From the human T2T-CHM13v2.0 reference genome, Homo sapiens: a DNA stretch of 64,000 nucleotides. Positions 1 through 13,275 of the stretch are shown here, in pieces. Each line of letters starts with the position of its first letter. The first letter of the stretch is position 1. The stretch lies in assembly GCF_009914755.1 (NCBI RefSeq), contig NC_060929.1, one strand, 5' to 3'. The notes beneath the pieces are model-generated. The model saw nothing but the letters and a program-made list of their open reading frames with translations. It was not told where the DNA came from and did not search any database. The translations under genes were made by a program, and so were the position numbers.

Positions 1-679
1 GAAAAGAATCACATGATAGCTAAGTAAAACAAAAACTAGGATGTAATAGATTTTAAGTAACAAACAGAAAATATAGACAATGAGGGCAGAGTCAAAGTTA
101 GGACCAAAATGAGTTTACTTTTAGTTAAAAGTAATAAGGAAGCAAGAACTATAATCAAGCAAAAGCAATATAGGGTGAAATGTAAGAATTAGTGAATTGG
201 AGGTGGGAAGCCCAGGTAGGCAGATCTGTAGAAGGAATCTATAGAGTAGAAATGCATCCGTTAGTAATGATGGTCATTCCTCATGTTTCTGATTCTCAAA
301 TGCATACATACTCTCTCAGTTCCAGAACTATCCTTCAGTTCCTAATTGGGAGGCCAAGCTTATGATGTGTCTTGATTGCAGACTTGTATGTGATACCCTT
401 ATCTTTATTACGTCACATGTGTCTTACAGTGGCTCCAGTGCTGGCCTTAGTGAGTCTCTATTCTTTATAGCAGGGGAAGATAAAGTAGAACCATAGAACA
501 AATATGGCCAGAAAAGGGAAGAGTTAAAGAAAGCATTGCATTAGGAGCCTGAGTGATTGGGAAAATATCAACATTAATGATAGAAATCATGAAAATAAAA
601 GGGTATGTTTAGATGAGCTCACTTTTAGGTGTATTTTTCGTTATCTTAATTTTGAGGTGCTCAAAAATGAAATATAAAT

Positions 680-1250
680 GCCTCATAAATCTGGAAAATT
701 CATCATGAGATATCAAGATATGTTTATTTTACTCATTTTCCCAGCATTCATTAGAACTTCTAAATCCAAGAGCCTAAAACTTTCCTCAGTTTTAAGACAT
801 TTTGTTCCATGCTTGCTTTACATGTCCTTATGCTTTATTTTCTTATTCTTGGTTTCTGGAAAGCCTGTCGTCAAATATTGGAATCAGTCCTTCATATCCT
901 TTGGCTTTACTTTCACGCTTTGTATCTCTTGGTATTTTTAATAGCTTCTGGGAGAATTCTGGCTCATTCTTCTAATTTGTTCTTTCGCTGTGCCCATTCT
1001 CTTATTCAGCTCATCTATTGAGATTTAAATGTCAGTGATCATTTTTGTCATTTTTCTGAAAATTAGTTGATTTTTATTATGGATATAGCCTCCTATTTCC
1101 CTGATGATATTAATCATACTTAATCTAAATTTTTGAGAAATTTCTTCTAACCTTGTTTTCAAATATATTAATATTTATTAGCTGCTTTTCATGGCATTGG
1201 CTTTCCTTAAATGTCTATATGCTCATCTTTAGAATCAGGATTCCTTGTTA
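680..1250 (-). mobile_element. Ancient LINE fragment (HAL1/L1M-like)
   Basis: T-rich degenerate sequence resembling antisense old L1/HAL1; boundaries approximate. Confidence 0.3.
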
Positions 1251-1324
1251 GCTCAAGAAAAAGTCTAGTGAAGTAGTTAAGAAGATAAGGCCCAGAGCCC
1301 CATGGCCTCTGATGAAATTCCTGC

Positions 1325-1520
1325 ACTACCATGTGCTGGCCCTGTGATATTAATATTCCCTAAGTTACCCTGTGACTAATGTGACTTCACATTTCTGTGC
1401 CTCAGTTTCCTCACATATATAAACTCTTACTTCACAGGGTTTCATGGGAATTAAATTATTAACACATGCAGTGCTTTTGGAAGGAAACCTACCACTTAAT
1501 GGATATTAGTTATTAATGTT
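1325..1520 (+). mobile_element. MIR SINE
   Basis: MIR core 'ctgtgcctcagtttcctcacat...acttcacagggtt...aattaaat'. Confidence 0.6.
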
Positions 1521-2483
1521 ATGAGAATAATGAAGTGTTTTAGTATTAATAAATACTAGCTTTTAATATTATATGACTACTGAAACATTTTATTGCATTC
1601 AGACTCCACTAGTTATGTGAGTGGTTAGGCTGTGTTGCTGAGCAGAGTTGGAGTGTACTAGTAGTTTGTCCTCTAGGTATGGAGGCTTTCTGATCCTACC
1701 TAATGTAGTCAGCCACCTGGGGAATTTACTACTCCAGCAGGGCTAGGTGGGGTCTGAGGATGGTGGTGGAAAATCATATCTCCTTCTCACTCCCTGGTCC
1801 AAGTGTATGTATGGAGGTGGAGGACTCCCTGGCTACTCCAATCTTGTATCACTACTCTTCACCCTGTGGGGAGTGTGTCTGGCTGTGGGTCTCTGTCTTC
1901 TGATACGTATAGGGATTTTTGATAGGAAAATGAAGTGCAGCATGTACTCTGATCCCCATCTTGAGGCAATTCTGAGTGTTTGTTTTGAATGTGACTTGCC
2001 TGATGTGATTCAACAAACAATTCTGTGTTTTTGACATGCCCTCCTTTCTGCCAATTATGTCTTAGAATTTGCCCCTTGTAAAAAAAAAAAAAAAAAGTCG
2101 TTTTGAACTATGGATATGGAGGTCTACAAAAGTGTTATAAAGATAGCTTTTGTTTTTATTTCATAGTTTATGATACGTGGCTACAATAAGTAAATACATC
2201 CATTAATAACTAGTGTATAGATTTTTCCTGGTTTTCATTAATAAGTAGATTGTGAAACAAGAGTTGGAAACAAGTGGAAAATATTTTAAGTTCTTGGCTT
2301 TTTTGTACTGATGATATGTTAGAAGAGACATGGGAGTTTCTTCAGCTATTAGTTGAGCTGTCTTAATTAGTTTCATGGAATCAAATCATTTCATGATGGC
2401 TTTGAGGACATAAAATAAGATGACACATACACCCTAGTAGTATATATATGTCCTCTATACATCCCAAAGATTATTTTGAACAG

Positions 2484-2848
2484 GAGAACAACAGCAGCAG
2501 CAGCTGCTGCTGCTGCTGCTACCACTGCCACCGGAAGCACTGTGGTGGGAAGGGACTCAGTTTTCCAGGCGAAATGCCATTGAGTCCCGGACATTTTAAC
2601 AAGATGATGTATTCAGTGTCTGAGCTCATGCAGGGCAGTGGCAGTGGCACCTTCATCCCTCTCCCTGCAGAATTGTCATTGTGGCTACTGGTCACCAATA
2701 CCAAGGGACAACGTATGATAAAAAATGATGCTGGTAGAAAGATTTGGAGGGGGATAAGAATTGATGTTGATTCTCTTTCCCTTTTGATCACATAAGTATT
2801 AATGTTGCCTGAATCTGATGCATATTAAGATTCTCCTTTGTGGAAGAG
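2484..2848 (+). other. Candidate exon (unidentified transcript)
   Basis: acceptor ttattttgaacag|G, donor GAG|gtaaat, unique relatively GC-rich sequence; no recognised protein. Confidence 0.2.
2492..2520. repeat. (CAG)4(CTG)5 head-to-head trinucleotide repeat
   Basis: cagcagcagcagctgctgctgctgctgct read directly. Confidence 0.95.
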
Positions 2849-3479
2849 GTAAATGCCTATAATGCTGTATCTAAGAATTGAAGCCAGTGTGACATGCCTT
2901 GAAAACCTCAAACTGTACTTTCTTTCCTATGTGCATCCTAACTTCTCCAGGTTGGATGCAGTTCATTGACCCAGAAGGTATCTGATGGCATGGAGTTGAC
3001 ATTTAAACAAACTTTCTGACTCAGGTGGTTCAAGAAAAAAGTTTTGGTTCATCAGAAAGAGAAGTTTGTTAAAAAAAAAAAAACTGGGCAGTTAATCTGA
3101 CAGCTTCGTGTTCACTTTGATTTAAAATTTGCTTCTCTGTTGTTAAAATGTTAACATTCCATTTATTGTGGTTCCCATCTTTAGAATTTTTCTTTCTCTT
3201 TTGCTTAAAGAGCTTTGATAGAATTGCATTAGAATACTGTGGGCTGTTAAATATAGTCGTGATTTGTAAGAAAAGGAATTTCAAAATGAATCAAAGATGA
3301 ATCTTCACTGATCTTAGAAAAGCAAAGGATACATGGAAGCTTGACTTTTCAGAATTGATCTTTTTGTTTTACAGCTTGTTTTCATTTCAATAAAAAAGAC
3401 ACTACTAAGTCTGCAAATACCTATCACAAAATCTTAAAGTAAATGTCATTTTTATTTATAGCATGCAGTGCACAGAGTA

Positions 3480-4023
<544 letters not shown>

Positions 4024-4700
4024 ATATTTTTAGCATTTCTTTTTTTAAAAAACCACCTGAAATTATGGGGAAGCTTAAGTTATTGGACTATATAAAGTGA
4101 AATTGTTTCTGAAGCTGTTTGTAAACATATTTTGTGATTCTGACATCATGTGTAGTAAATTACTAAGAAAAAACTTCCCTAGTTATAATTAAGAACAATA
4201 ATCATTCTCACTCTTATCACTGTTTTCTGAAACTAAAATATATTTCTTTCCTTTGTATAGCTCAGTATAAAAACTACAGAAAACTTAATGTGATGCTTTT
4301 AGAAGGAAAATCTTATCAATGATCCCATAATACTAATATTTGTCATTAATAACCTAGCACAGTTTATCTTACTGTTTGTAGCATTTTTATTCATTTTCAG
4401 AGCTGGTAGCAAAAATCACATTAAATTATATTGTTGGATGACAGTGCCTATTAATGTAAGTATAAAAGGACTAATGATGGACTCATCTATAATTTTTGGC
4501 TTGCTTTCTCCATACCTTCTCCAGTAGTAACTCTGTTGATGAAAACATTCGTACCAAGATGTTTACCCAATTTGTGAAATTCAATATGTGCCAAACTTAA
4601 TTTTTCATCATTCATGCTCAGTTCTCAGACCTTTATCTGTTTCTCCCACCTCCTTTCAACCTTTCCCTTATACTGCCTATGTCAACACATACATGCACAC

Positions 4701-4724
<24 letters not shown>
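4701..4724. repeat. (AG)n microsatellite
   Basis: direct reading. Confidence 0.95.
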
Positions 4725-4733
<9 letters not shown>

Positions 4734-5145
4734 TACAGAGCACCTCTGTTCAACTTTCTTCTCAGATGTATCTTTGTTTCCTATTTCCCCAATCTCAAAT
4801 ATTTAGTTATATTTGAGTCATCATTTCTCTTTTTTTAAAAATTCAGAACACAGTGAAATTGTAATGAATCTTCCTTTAAAATCACTCTTCTTTCCTACCA
4901 CTGCTGTCATGACTCTAGAGATAGCCTTCAGTGTCTGATTTTCTTCTTTCTGTATTGTCACTATACTTAACAACAATCTGTATTTGTTGGTCATATTGAT
5001 TTTTATTATCAAATCTAGGTGCAAGGTACTCGTTGCTTTTGAAATGCTTCATTGACAAATTATCCTTTAAGTATGGGTAGGTGAAAAATGGACAAGGAAA
5101 GATGATATCATACAATATCATAAAATAATATAATAGAGAATAAAT

Positions 5146-5440
5146 GGCCAGGCGTGGTGGCTCACACCTGTAATCCCAGCACTTTGGGAGGCTGAGGCAG
5201 GTGGATCACCTGAGGTCAGGGGTTCGAGACCAGCCTGGCTAACATGGTAAAACCCCATCTCTACTAAAAATACAGAATTAGTTGGGTGTGGTGGCATGTG
5301 CCTGTAATCCCAGCTACTTGGGGGGCTGAAGCAGGGGAATCACTTGAACCCTGAGGTGGAAGTTGCAGTGTGCCAAGATTGCACCATTGTACTCCAGCCT
5401 GGACTAAAAGAGTGAAACTTCGTCTCAAAAAGAAAAAAGA
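5146..5440 (+). mobile_element. AluS
   Basis: ggccaggcgtggtggctcac...ggatcacctgaggtcagg...A tail. Confidence 0.93.
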
Positions 5441-5498
5441 GGAAATATTTAGATTGATTGGTTAAAAGTATAAGGAACATATTAATTTTCTATTTTCA

Positions 5499-6500
5499 GC
5501 TATCAGTTTTCTGTGGCTGTCATATTACCACAAACTGGGTGCCTTAAAACAGCAGAAATATGTTCTCTTATTCTTCTGGAGGCCAGACGTCTGAAAGCAA
5601 GGTGTCAGCAGGGCTGTACTACCTCTGTGGCTCCAGGGGAGAATTCATTCTTTGCGTTTTCATCATTCTGGCTGTTGCCAGATTCCTTGACTTGTGTCCA
5701 CCTCCCTTTGCTTTATCTTCAAGTGGCCTTCTTCTCTGTGTGTTTTTTATGAGACACTTGTCTTTGAATTTAGGGACTATGAAGGTTGATTTTTTGTATG
5801 GGTCAACTTGTCTATGGTGTTCAGTTGTTGGGTCAGACACTTGTCTAGATGTGTTTTGTGAAGGTACCTTAAAGATGTGATTAATATTTATGAGAAAGCA
5901 GATTATCTTCTGTAAAATGTGGATGGGCCTCATGCAATCAGCTGAGGCCTAAAGAGCAACAGCTGAGGTTTCTTGGAGAAAAAAGAATTTTGTCTCAAGA
6001 CTGTAACATAAAAATCCTGTCTGAGTTTTCAGTCTGCTACCCTGACCTATAAATGTCAGACTTAGGACTGCAACATCAACTTTTACCTGAATTTCAAGCC
6101 TGCCAGCCTGCCGTGTGGATTTCAGACCAGCACTTAGAGTTGTGGGAACTAATTCCTTAAAACCAGTCTTTCTCTGTTCTCTCTCTACCTCTCTCTCTCT
6201 CTCTCTCGCTCTTCCTCTCTCTCTTTCTTCCCCCTCTCCTTCCCCCTCCCCCTCTCCCAATCTACCTCCTTATTTCCATCTTTTCCATTGTTCTATTTCA
6301 CTAGAGAACCCTGACTAAAACAGGATCCAACTTGCATACTCTGGGATGATCTTAACTCAAAATTCTTAACTTGGTTACATCTGCAAAAACTCTTTATCTA
6401 TCTGAAAAACCCTTTATCCATAAAATAAGAGTCCCAAGTTCCAGGGATTTGATATGAATAAATATCTTTGGGGTGGGTGGACATGTTTTAACCGACTACA
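5499..6500 (-). mobile_element. MLT1-type MaLR LTR split by an MLT2 insertion (pieces 5499-5777 and 6323-6500)
   Basis: 'taccacaaactgggtgccttaaaacagcagaaat..ttctggaggccaga', resumes with 'ttacatctgcaaaaactcttt...actaca'. Confidence 0.7.
5778..6322 (+). mobile_element. MLT2 (ERVL) solo LTR nested in MLT1, with internal CT-rich tract
   Basis: 'gtcaacttg', 'gtggatgggcctcatgcaatcagctga', ends 'agagaaccctgactaaaaca'. Confidence 0.75.
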
Positions 6501-6781
6501 ACTACCCTATAATTAGGAATTCCTTATTCTGTCTCACTTGTACCACAGTACATTACCAAGTTTCAAAAGGTATCATATACTTTTCAAAAGAGTTATCAAC
6601 ATAAAATTAATTTTATTCACATCAGAAAATGAACATATATGCCAGATGAACTTTATGAGAGAAGACTATCTTAAGGTATAATAAAAATAGTATAGTTAAT
6701 TATAACTTTAAATCCCATGCATAAAGCTATATTTATTAATAACATCTAGAATCTGAGCCACACTTTTAAAAAATGAAGTGA

Positions 6782-9352
6782 AGATGTACAAAAAAAAAAC
6801 TGGTACCGGTCTTACTGAAACTATTCCAAAAAGTCAAGGAGGAGGAATTCCTCCCTAACTCCTTCTGGAAAACCTGTATTACTCTGCTACCAAAATCGGG
6901 CAAGAACACAACAAAAAGAGAAAACTACAAGGCAACATCCCTGATAACACAGATGCAAATCCTTAAGAAAATACTACCAAACTGAATCCAAAAGCACATC
7001 AAAAAGATAATTTACCACAATCAAGTGGGTTTTATTCTAGGATGCAAGGATGGTTCAACATCCACAAATCAATAAATGTGATTCATTGCATAAACAGCCG
7101 TACAAACAAAAACCATATGATCATTCCAATAGATGCAGAAAAGGCATTCGATAAAGTCCAACATTTCTTCATGATAAAAACCCTCAACAAACTATGCATA
7201 GACAGAGCATACCCCTAGATAACAAAGGCCACATACAACAAACCCACAGTTATCATACTGCATGGGGAAAAGTCGAAAGCCTTTTTTTCCAAGAACTGGA
7301 ACGAGACAAGGATAGCTACTCTTAGCTCTTTCATTCAACATAGGACTGGAAGTCCTAGCCAGAGCAGTCAGGCAAGAGAAGGAAATAAAAGGCCTCCAAA
7401 TTGAAAGAGAATAAGTGAAAGTATCTGTTTGCTTGTGACATGATTATACACCTAGAGAAGCTAAAGACTCCTCCAAAAGACTCCTAGACTTCATAAACAC
7501 ATTCAGTAAAGTTTCAGGATACAAAAATCAGTGTGCAAAAATCAGTAGCATTTCCATATACTGATAACATTCAAGTTGAGAGCAAAATCAAGAACTCAAT
7601 CCCATTTACAATAGACACACACACACACAAATAAACACCTAGGAATACATTTAACCAAGGAGGTGACAGATCTCTAAAAGGAGAACAACAAACACTGATG
7701 AAAGAAATCATAGATAACACAAACAAAAAGAAAGACATCCCATGCTCAAGGATTAGATGAATCAATATCGTCAAAATGACCGTACTGCCTAAAGCAATCT
7801 ATAGACTCAGTGAAATCCCTCTAAAATTTCAATATCATTTTTCATAGAAGTATAAAAAACTCCTAAAGTTCATATGGAACCAGAAAAGACCCTGAATAGC
7901 CAAAGCAATCCTAAGCAAAAAGAAAAAACCTGGAGATCCCACACTGCCTGACTTCAAATTATACTACAAGGCCATAGCAACTAAAATAGCATGATACTGG
8001 TACAAAAATAGATACTTTGATCAATGGATCAGAATGGAGAACCCAGATACAAAGCCACATATTTACAACCAATTGACCTTTGACAAAGTTGACAAAAATA
8101 AACAGTGGGGAAAGGACACCTTATTCAATAAATGGTGCTAGAAAAATAGGCCAGCAATATGCAGAGGAATCTCTTTTATCTCTTCGCATATACAAAAATT
8201 AACTCAATATGAATTAGAGACTTAAACATAAGACCTGAAACTATAAAAGTCACAGAAGAAAATCTGGAAAAAATTCTTTTCGACATTGGCCTAGGCAAAG
8301 AATTTATGATGAAGACCCTAAAAGCAAATACAGCAAAAACAAAAGTAGACAAATGGGGCTTAATTAAACTAAAAGCTTCTGCACAGCAAAAGAAATAATC
8401 AACAGAATAAACAGAAAACCTGTAGAATAGGAGAAAATATTTGCAAGTTATACCTGTGACAAAAGACAAATGTCCAGAATTTATAAGGAACTCAGACAAT
8501 GCAACAGGAAAAAGACAACCCCACTGAAAGCTGGGCAAAGGACATGAAGAGTCATTCCTCCAAAGAAGAAGTACAAGTAGACAAAAAACACATGAGACAA
8601 TGTTCAACATTGCTGATCATCAGAGAAATGCAAACTAAAACCGCAATGAAATAGCATCTTACATGAGTCAAAATGGCTATTATTAAAAAGTCAAAAAAAA
8701 AACAGATATTGGCATGGATGCAGAGAAAAGAGAACACTTAGACATTGTTGGTAAGAATGTAAATTAGTTCAGCCTCTATGGAAAACAATATGAAGATTTA
8801 TCAAAGAACTAAAAATAGCACAACCCAGCAACCGCCACTACTGGGTATCTACCCTAAGGAAAAGAAATCATTCTATCAAAAAGACCACTGTACTCATGTT
8901 CATTGCTGTCCTATTCACAATAGCAAAGTGATAGAACCAACCTAAGTGTCCATCAACAGTTGATTGGATAACGAAAATGTGGTATATATACACCATGGAA
9001 TATTACATGGCCATTTTAATAAAGAGTGAAATAATTCCCTTTGCAGCAACATGTATGGAGTTGGAGGCCATTATCCTCAATGAACTAACCCAGAAACAGA
9101 AAACCAAATACAAAATATTTTCACTTATACATGGGAGCTAAACAGTGGGCACACATGGACATAAAGATGGAAATAATGGATACTGGGGACTCCAAAAGTG
9201 GAGAGGCTGAGAGGGTGGTGAGGGCTGAAAAATTGCCTGTCAGATAAAATGTTCACTATTTGGGTAATGGGTACTCTAGAAGCCTAATCTCTATCAGTAC
9301 GCAATATACGCATGTAACAAGCAAGCACATGTACCCCCTGAATATAAAATAT
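6782..9352 (+). mobile_element. 5'-truncated old primate L1 (L1PB-like): decayed ORF2 RT/C-terminus and 3'UTR
   Basis: Homologous to the L1 at 33.6-36.2 kb but with many stops and indels; TSD aaatgaagtgaa (6771-6782) / aaatgcagtgaa (9431-9442). Confidence 0.9.
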
Positions 9353-9364
9353 GATAATTTTTTT

Positions 9365-9420
9365 TGACTGAACTTGTTTTCGTACTTTAAGTTCTAAGGT
9401 ACATGTGCATACCTATGTAA
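9365..9420 (-). mobile_element. Ultra-short L1PA 3' end with 11-nt 5' inversion
   Basis: 9383-9409 = rc of 'tgcacatgtaccytagaacttaaagta'; 9410-9420 'tacctatgtaa' in the opposite orientation; TSD ataattttttt. Confidence 0.7.
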
Positions 9421-10413
9421 TAATTTTTTTAAATGCAGTGAAATTAAAGTAATTTCAGAGGAAATTCATGTTTCTATAAACAAGAGACCTAATTTTTCAA
9501 CATTAGGTCCAGAGGCTAATACAAACTATATTTGTTCTATTAATTTGCATATTTGCCAGAGTTTATGAAGTTTTTTTTTAGTAAATAACTTATTCAAGCT
9601 ATTTATATATCAGACTGAAATAAATATCGAGCATATTTTAAGTTATATATTAACTCACAATTTTTTAAAGCATGTTCAAAAAAATATAGATTTTTTTTAC
9701 ACATGGGATTCAGTGCCCAAATGAAAAACAGACTTCCATTTAAAAGGAAATTTGCATTTGGTGGATAATAAATAGCTCCTGGATTTTGTTGAGTGTGGCT
9801 TCTTTTAGCATTCTTTTCTTTCTTGCATTTTAATATCTGTTAAGATTCAGCAGTAGAATTTGGCCTTCTATATTAAATGGCTATGTCTATTTTTTGATTT
9901 TTAAATTTATTTTCTTACCATTTTAAAACTGAAGATAAACTTTACAGTTTTTTATTGTATGCATGTAATCTAAGCAATAATTTTGTGAATATATGTCTAC
10001 TCGCCTGAATCTCAATCAGGTATTTGATTTTGGGGGTGGGGAGAGTAGCTGAAAATGAAGAAAAAAATAAAGGACTCTCAGCATAAACAAATAAGCCTTT
10101 TGTCTTCAACTTTTGGAGCCCAACTTTCATTTATAGTTCTACACTGATTGTCATAAAGGTTCACAAAATTGGATGCATTTCAGTAGTGAAACTGTCACTG
10201 TACTAGAATGTTCTTCATCTGATTTTTCGTTGTTGTGACATCTCAGATATATATTTGTGTCATAGTTTTATATCTCTCTTCTTGCTTTTTCCCTAAATTT
10301 CCATCTTCATTCCTCTTGAGAACCTTTCTTCGTTATTGTTGTCATTAAATAATTGAAGAGAATGTACTCTCTTTTTATAAATTTAGTATTTTCATCTCCC
10401 AGGAGTTCTGTTA

Positions 10414-10759
10414 CGTCTTAGTGCATTTGTGCTACCACAACCGAATACCACAGACTGGATAATTTATAAACAATAGAAATTTATTTCTCACAGTTCTGGA
10501 GGTTGATAAGTCGAAGATCCAGGTGCCAGTATTTGGTGTCTGGTGAGGGCCTTCTTGCAGCATCCTCACCTGGCAGAAGATGGAAGGGCAAGAAAGCAAG
10601 CTAGCCCAATGCTGTGTGGAGCCTCTTTTATCTGGGTCTTAATCTCATTCACATGGAGAGAAGCCCTCATGGCCTAATCACCCCTAGAAGGCCCCATTTC
10701 TTAATACTATCACATTGGCAACATCTGGATTTTGGAAGGAACACATTCAAACCATAGCA
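10414..10759 (-). mobile_element. MST/MLT1A-type MaLR LTR
   Basis: 'aataccacagactggataatttataaacaatagaaatttatttctcacagttctggagg', ends 'cacattcaaaccatagca'. Confidence 0.85.
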
Positions 10760-13089
10760 TGATAATTAGTGAAGATTATACTGATGAGGGTGATTTTTAA
10801 TGGTAATTTTTTTGAAGATGATTTAGGAGGAATTACTCATATGGACTAAGTTTGCCTTCCTATTCAGACTCTAATAAAAAAAGTAGTCACAGGAGGCTTT
10901 GCAGATATACTAAGGAAGACTCAGGGACAACTGACTTGCTATTTGGGCTGGAGACAATCTTATGTTTTAAAATGTTTTCATCAGTAGCCCATAAGATGAT
11001 AGACATTCCCAACTAATATATTATTAGTGATTATTTTAGGTACATACTCTATATCCAAAATGCACCAGATGTTTTGCACATATTCTCTCCTGTCCCCACA
11101 GGAGTCCTGTCATGTAGATATAAGGTCCATTTTACACGGAAAAATTGAAGCTGACAGAAGTTAAGGAGTTTTTACACAATTATACAGTGGCTAAGGAAGG
11201 ACTAGAGATAGTTCTATGTATTGCTTTAATTCTTCACTGCCCATCCTTTTTGTGTTCGGATAAGGAAGGTGGTTTTGAAATGACTTTTACTTGCTCTAGG
11301 CAAGTTTCAGAAACAAACCTACTTCTATGGCGCATGTTAAGAATTTCAAAAACAGTTCAAATAATTTTGCTCAATTTGGGAAACAGTTGAAAGTCTTGTC
11401 TGCTGTTCATTGACTTCACATTTTACATAATGAGTATACCATGTTTAAATCTGCATATGCCTGACTCTTTATCTGGAGCCAAATCTCAGAGAATTCTCAA
11501 GAGCAAGGGCTGCTCCCAGAATTCTTCCAAGTGATTTGCAGGGTCTAGAAAGTTAAGTCCAAACAAAGTCATTCACCATGAGAAAAGAGAAAGTCTGGAT
11601 AGGTTACCAAATAATCGTGCTGCGCATGAAATATGATTTGCTTTTCCTTTTTCTAGAGCTGCCTTTGTATTAGATTTAAGGACATGCCTCTCTGAGGAGC
11701 TGCCTAGGGGGAATACTTTTATTGTGAACAGTCAGGAACCCATGTATAGTTTCTACTTTGCACACATCAGTTTGCAAAAGTAGTTTCTTTCTCTTCTTTT
11801 TCATTACCCTGTGTCATTGATTTCCTGCATAGGCTGTGAATAGAACTTGGTTTCTGTAACTCATTCATCTGGAAGAAGTCCTTTATTTTGCTACTACGGA
11901 GCCAACAGATGCCAAAGCCTCAGAACAGTTAAATTTATTTTAAAGTGTTTTTTTATGGTGGTTGTTTCAATTTTGCCTGTAAAATATGAACTTAGTGTTC
12001 ATTATTTTGAAAGAATAAATCCACTTTAAAATAAGAAGAACACCTTTGCTAGGTAATAGCAACTTTGACATTTAGAACCAGCTTGAAAAATTCTCTCTTA
12101 ACAATGTCTGAATATTTATTGAAGATTTAGTGGTAGCCCTTGGCCTCTGTTTAGTACAAATTAAAAACAAAACAAAACAAAAAACGACTCATGTAGGCCA
12201 TTGGCCCTTCGTCTGCTCCTTTCCTTAGAATTTCTGATTATGGGGATTTTAGGATACTTCATAGAAAATGAGGTTGCTTCTCGGAATTGTATGGAGTACA
12301 CTAGGGCCCATCCTCTATGTGACCCTTTCTATTCTCTGGGGTAGCTTCTTGTTCTTGGGTGAATCTGAGAAACTGGTGAAGATCACAGACTACCAAAGAC
12401 TGTCCCTGAGAACCTTAGTGATCAACTTTACAGCTCAAGAAAAGCTGGTTAAGTGTAAAATATCTAAGATAGCACTACTGTGTCACCAGTTTAAAAGGTT
12501 CAGACAAAGTTGTATTTCTAGTCTGACAATGATCCAATTTGTGAATATGCTCCTAAATTTATTGTCTGACATCATTGTTTAATCACAGCCATTCATCGAC
12601 TTTTCCAGTTTGGTGAGACTCCAGTTTACTAAACTGAAATGTCTGGTTCACACAGTCTCCTCCCCTGTCGTATTGGTTCAGGGCCTACAAGTTTTTAAAT
12701 TCTGAACAATGTCCTTGTTCATACTGCTTTATATTACATTAAGATCTCCCCAGCCTGCTTTCAGGTCATTAACTCTTTATTCCCAAACACATTTTGGCTT
12801 CTACCATGGAAAATAATCCAAAACTTGGAACACACCTTCTTCTGAGACTACATCAACACAAAAAGCCATGAATCTTTGCCCTCATTTCTCCATGCTTCTT
12901 CAAACCAGCATTTTCTACTGTTTGTGACAGAGGTTTCTGCTACTCATTACTTCCTTTTCAATACTCCTGTTCATGTATCTCTTTCATTTGTCATATTCTA
13001 GAGGATTATTGAATTCCTGACCAAAATCATCTATTATTATTGATTTTGCACACAACTATGCTGGGTATTATTTCAGAACACTCTGGGGA

Positions 13090-13275
13090 TAATATTTTGC
13101 TGCCCTCAAAATAATACCGCATGATGAATCCAGAGAGGCCACTGAGAAAACCTCCCTCCTTTTGAATACTATGAGAACTAAGGAGCATAAAAGTTAAGTG
13201 ACTCTTCCGGAGGCTCACGATTAATTAGTAGCAGGATGGAATTTGAACTTAGGGCCTCTAGCTGTAAGTCCAATT
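13090..13275 (-). mobile_element. MIR SINE (interrupted)
   Basis: 'aagttaagtgact..gaggctcac..agtagcaggatggaatttgaacttagg'. Confidence 0.5.

Noticed and set aside
2492-2520. Known disease repeat locus (SCA8, TCF4, DMPK)
   Set aside because: Flanks do not match what I remember of those loci and the repeat is short
7571-8737. Minus-strand hydrophobic ORFs up to 144 aa
   Set aside because: Antisense reading of A-rich L1 ORF2
12268-12582. 104-aa ORF with hydrophobic N-terminus, and the other 60-115 aa ORFs
   Set aside because: No recognisable domain or exon structure; lengths expected by chance
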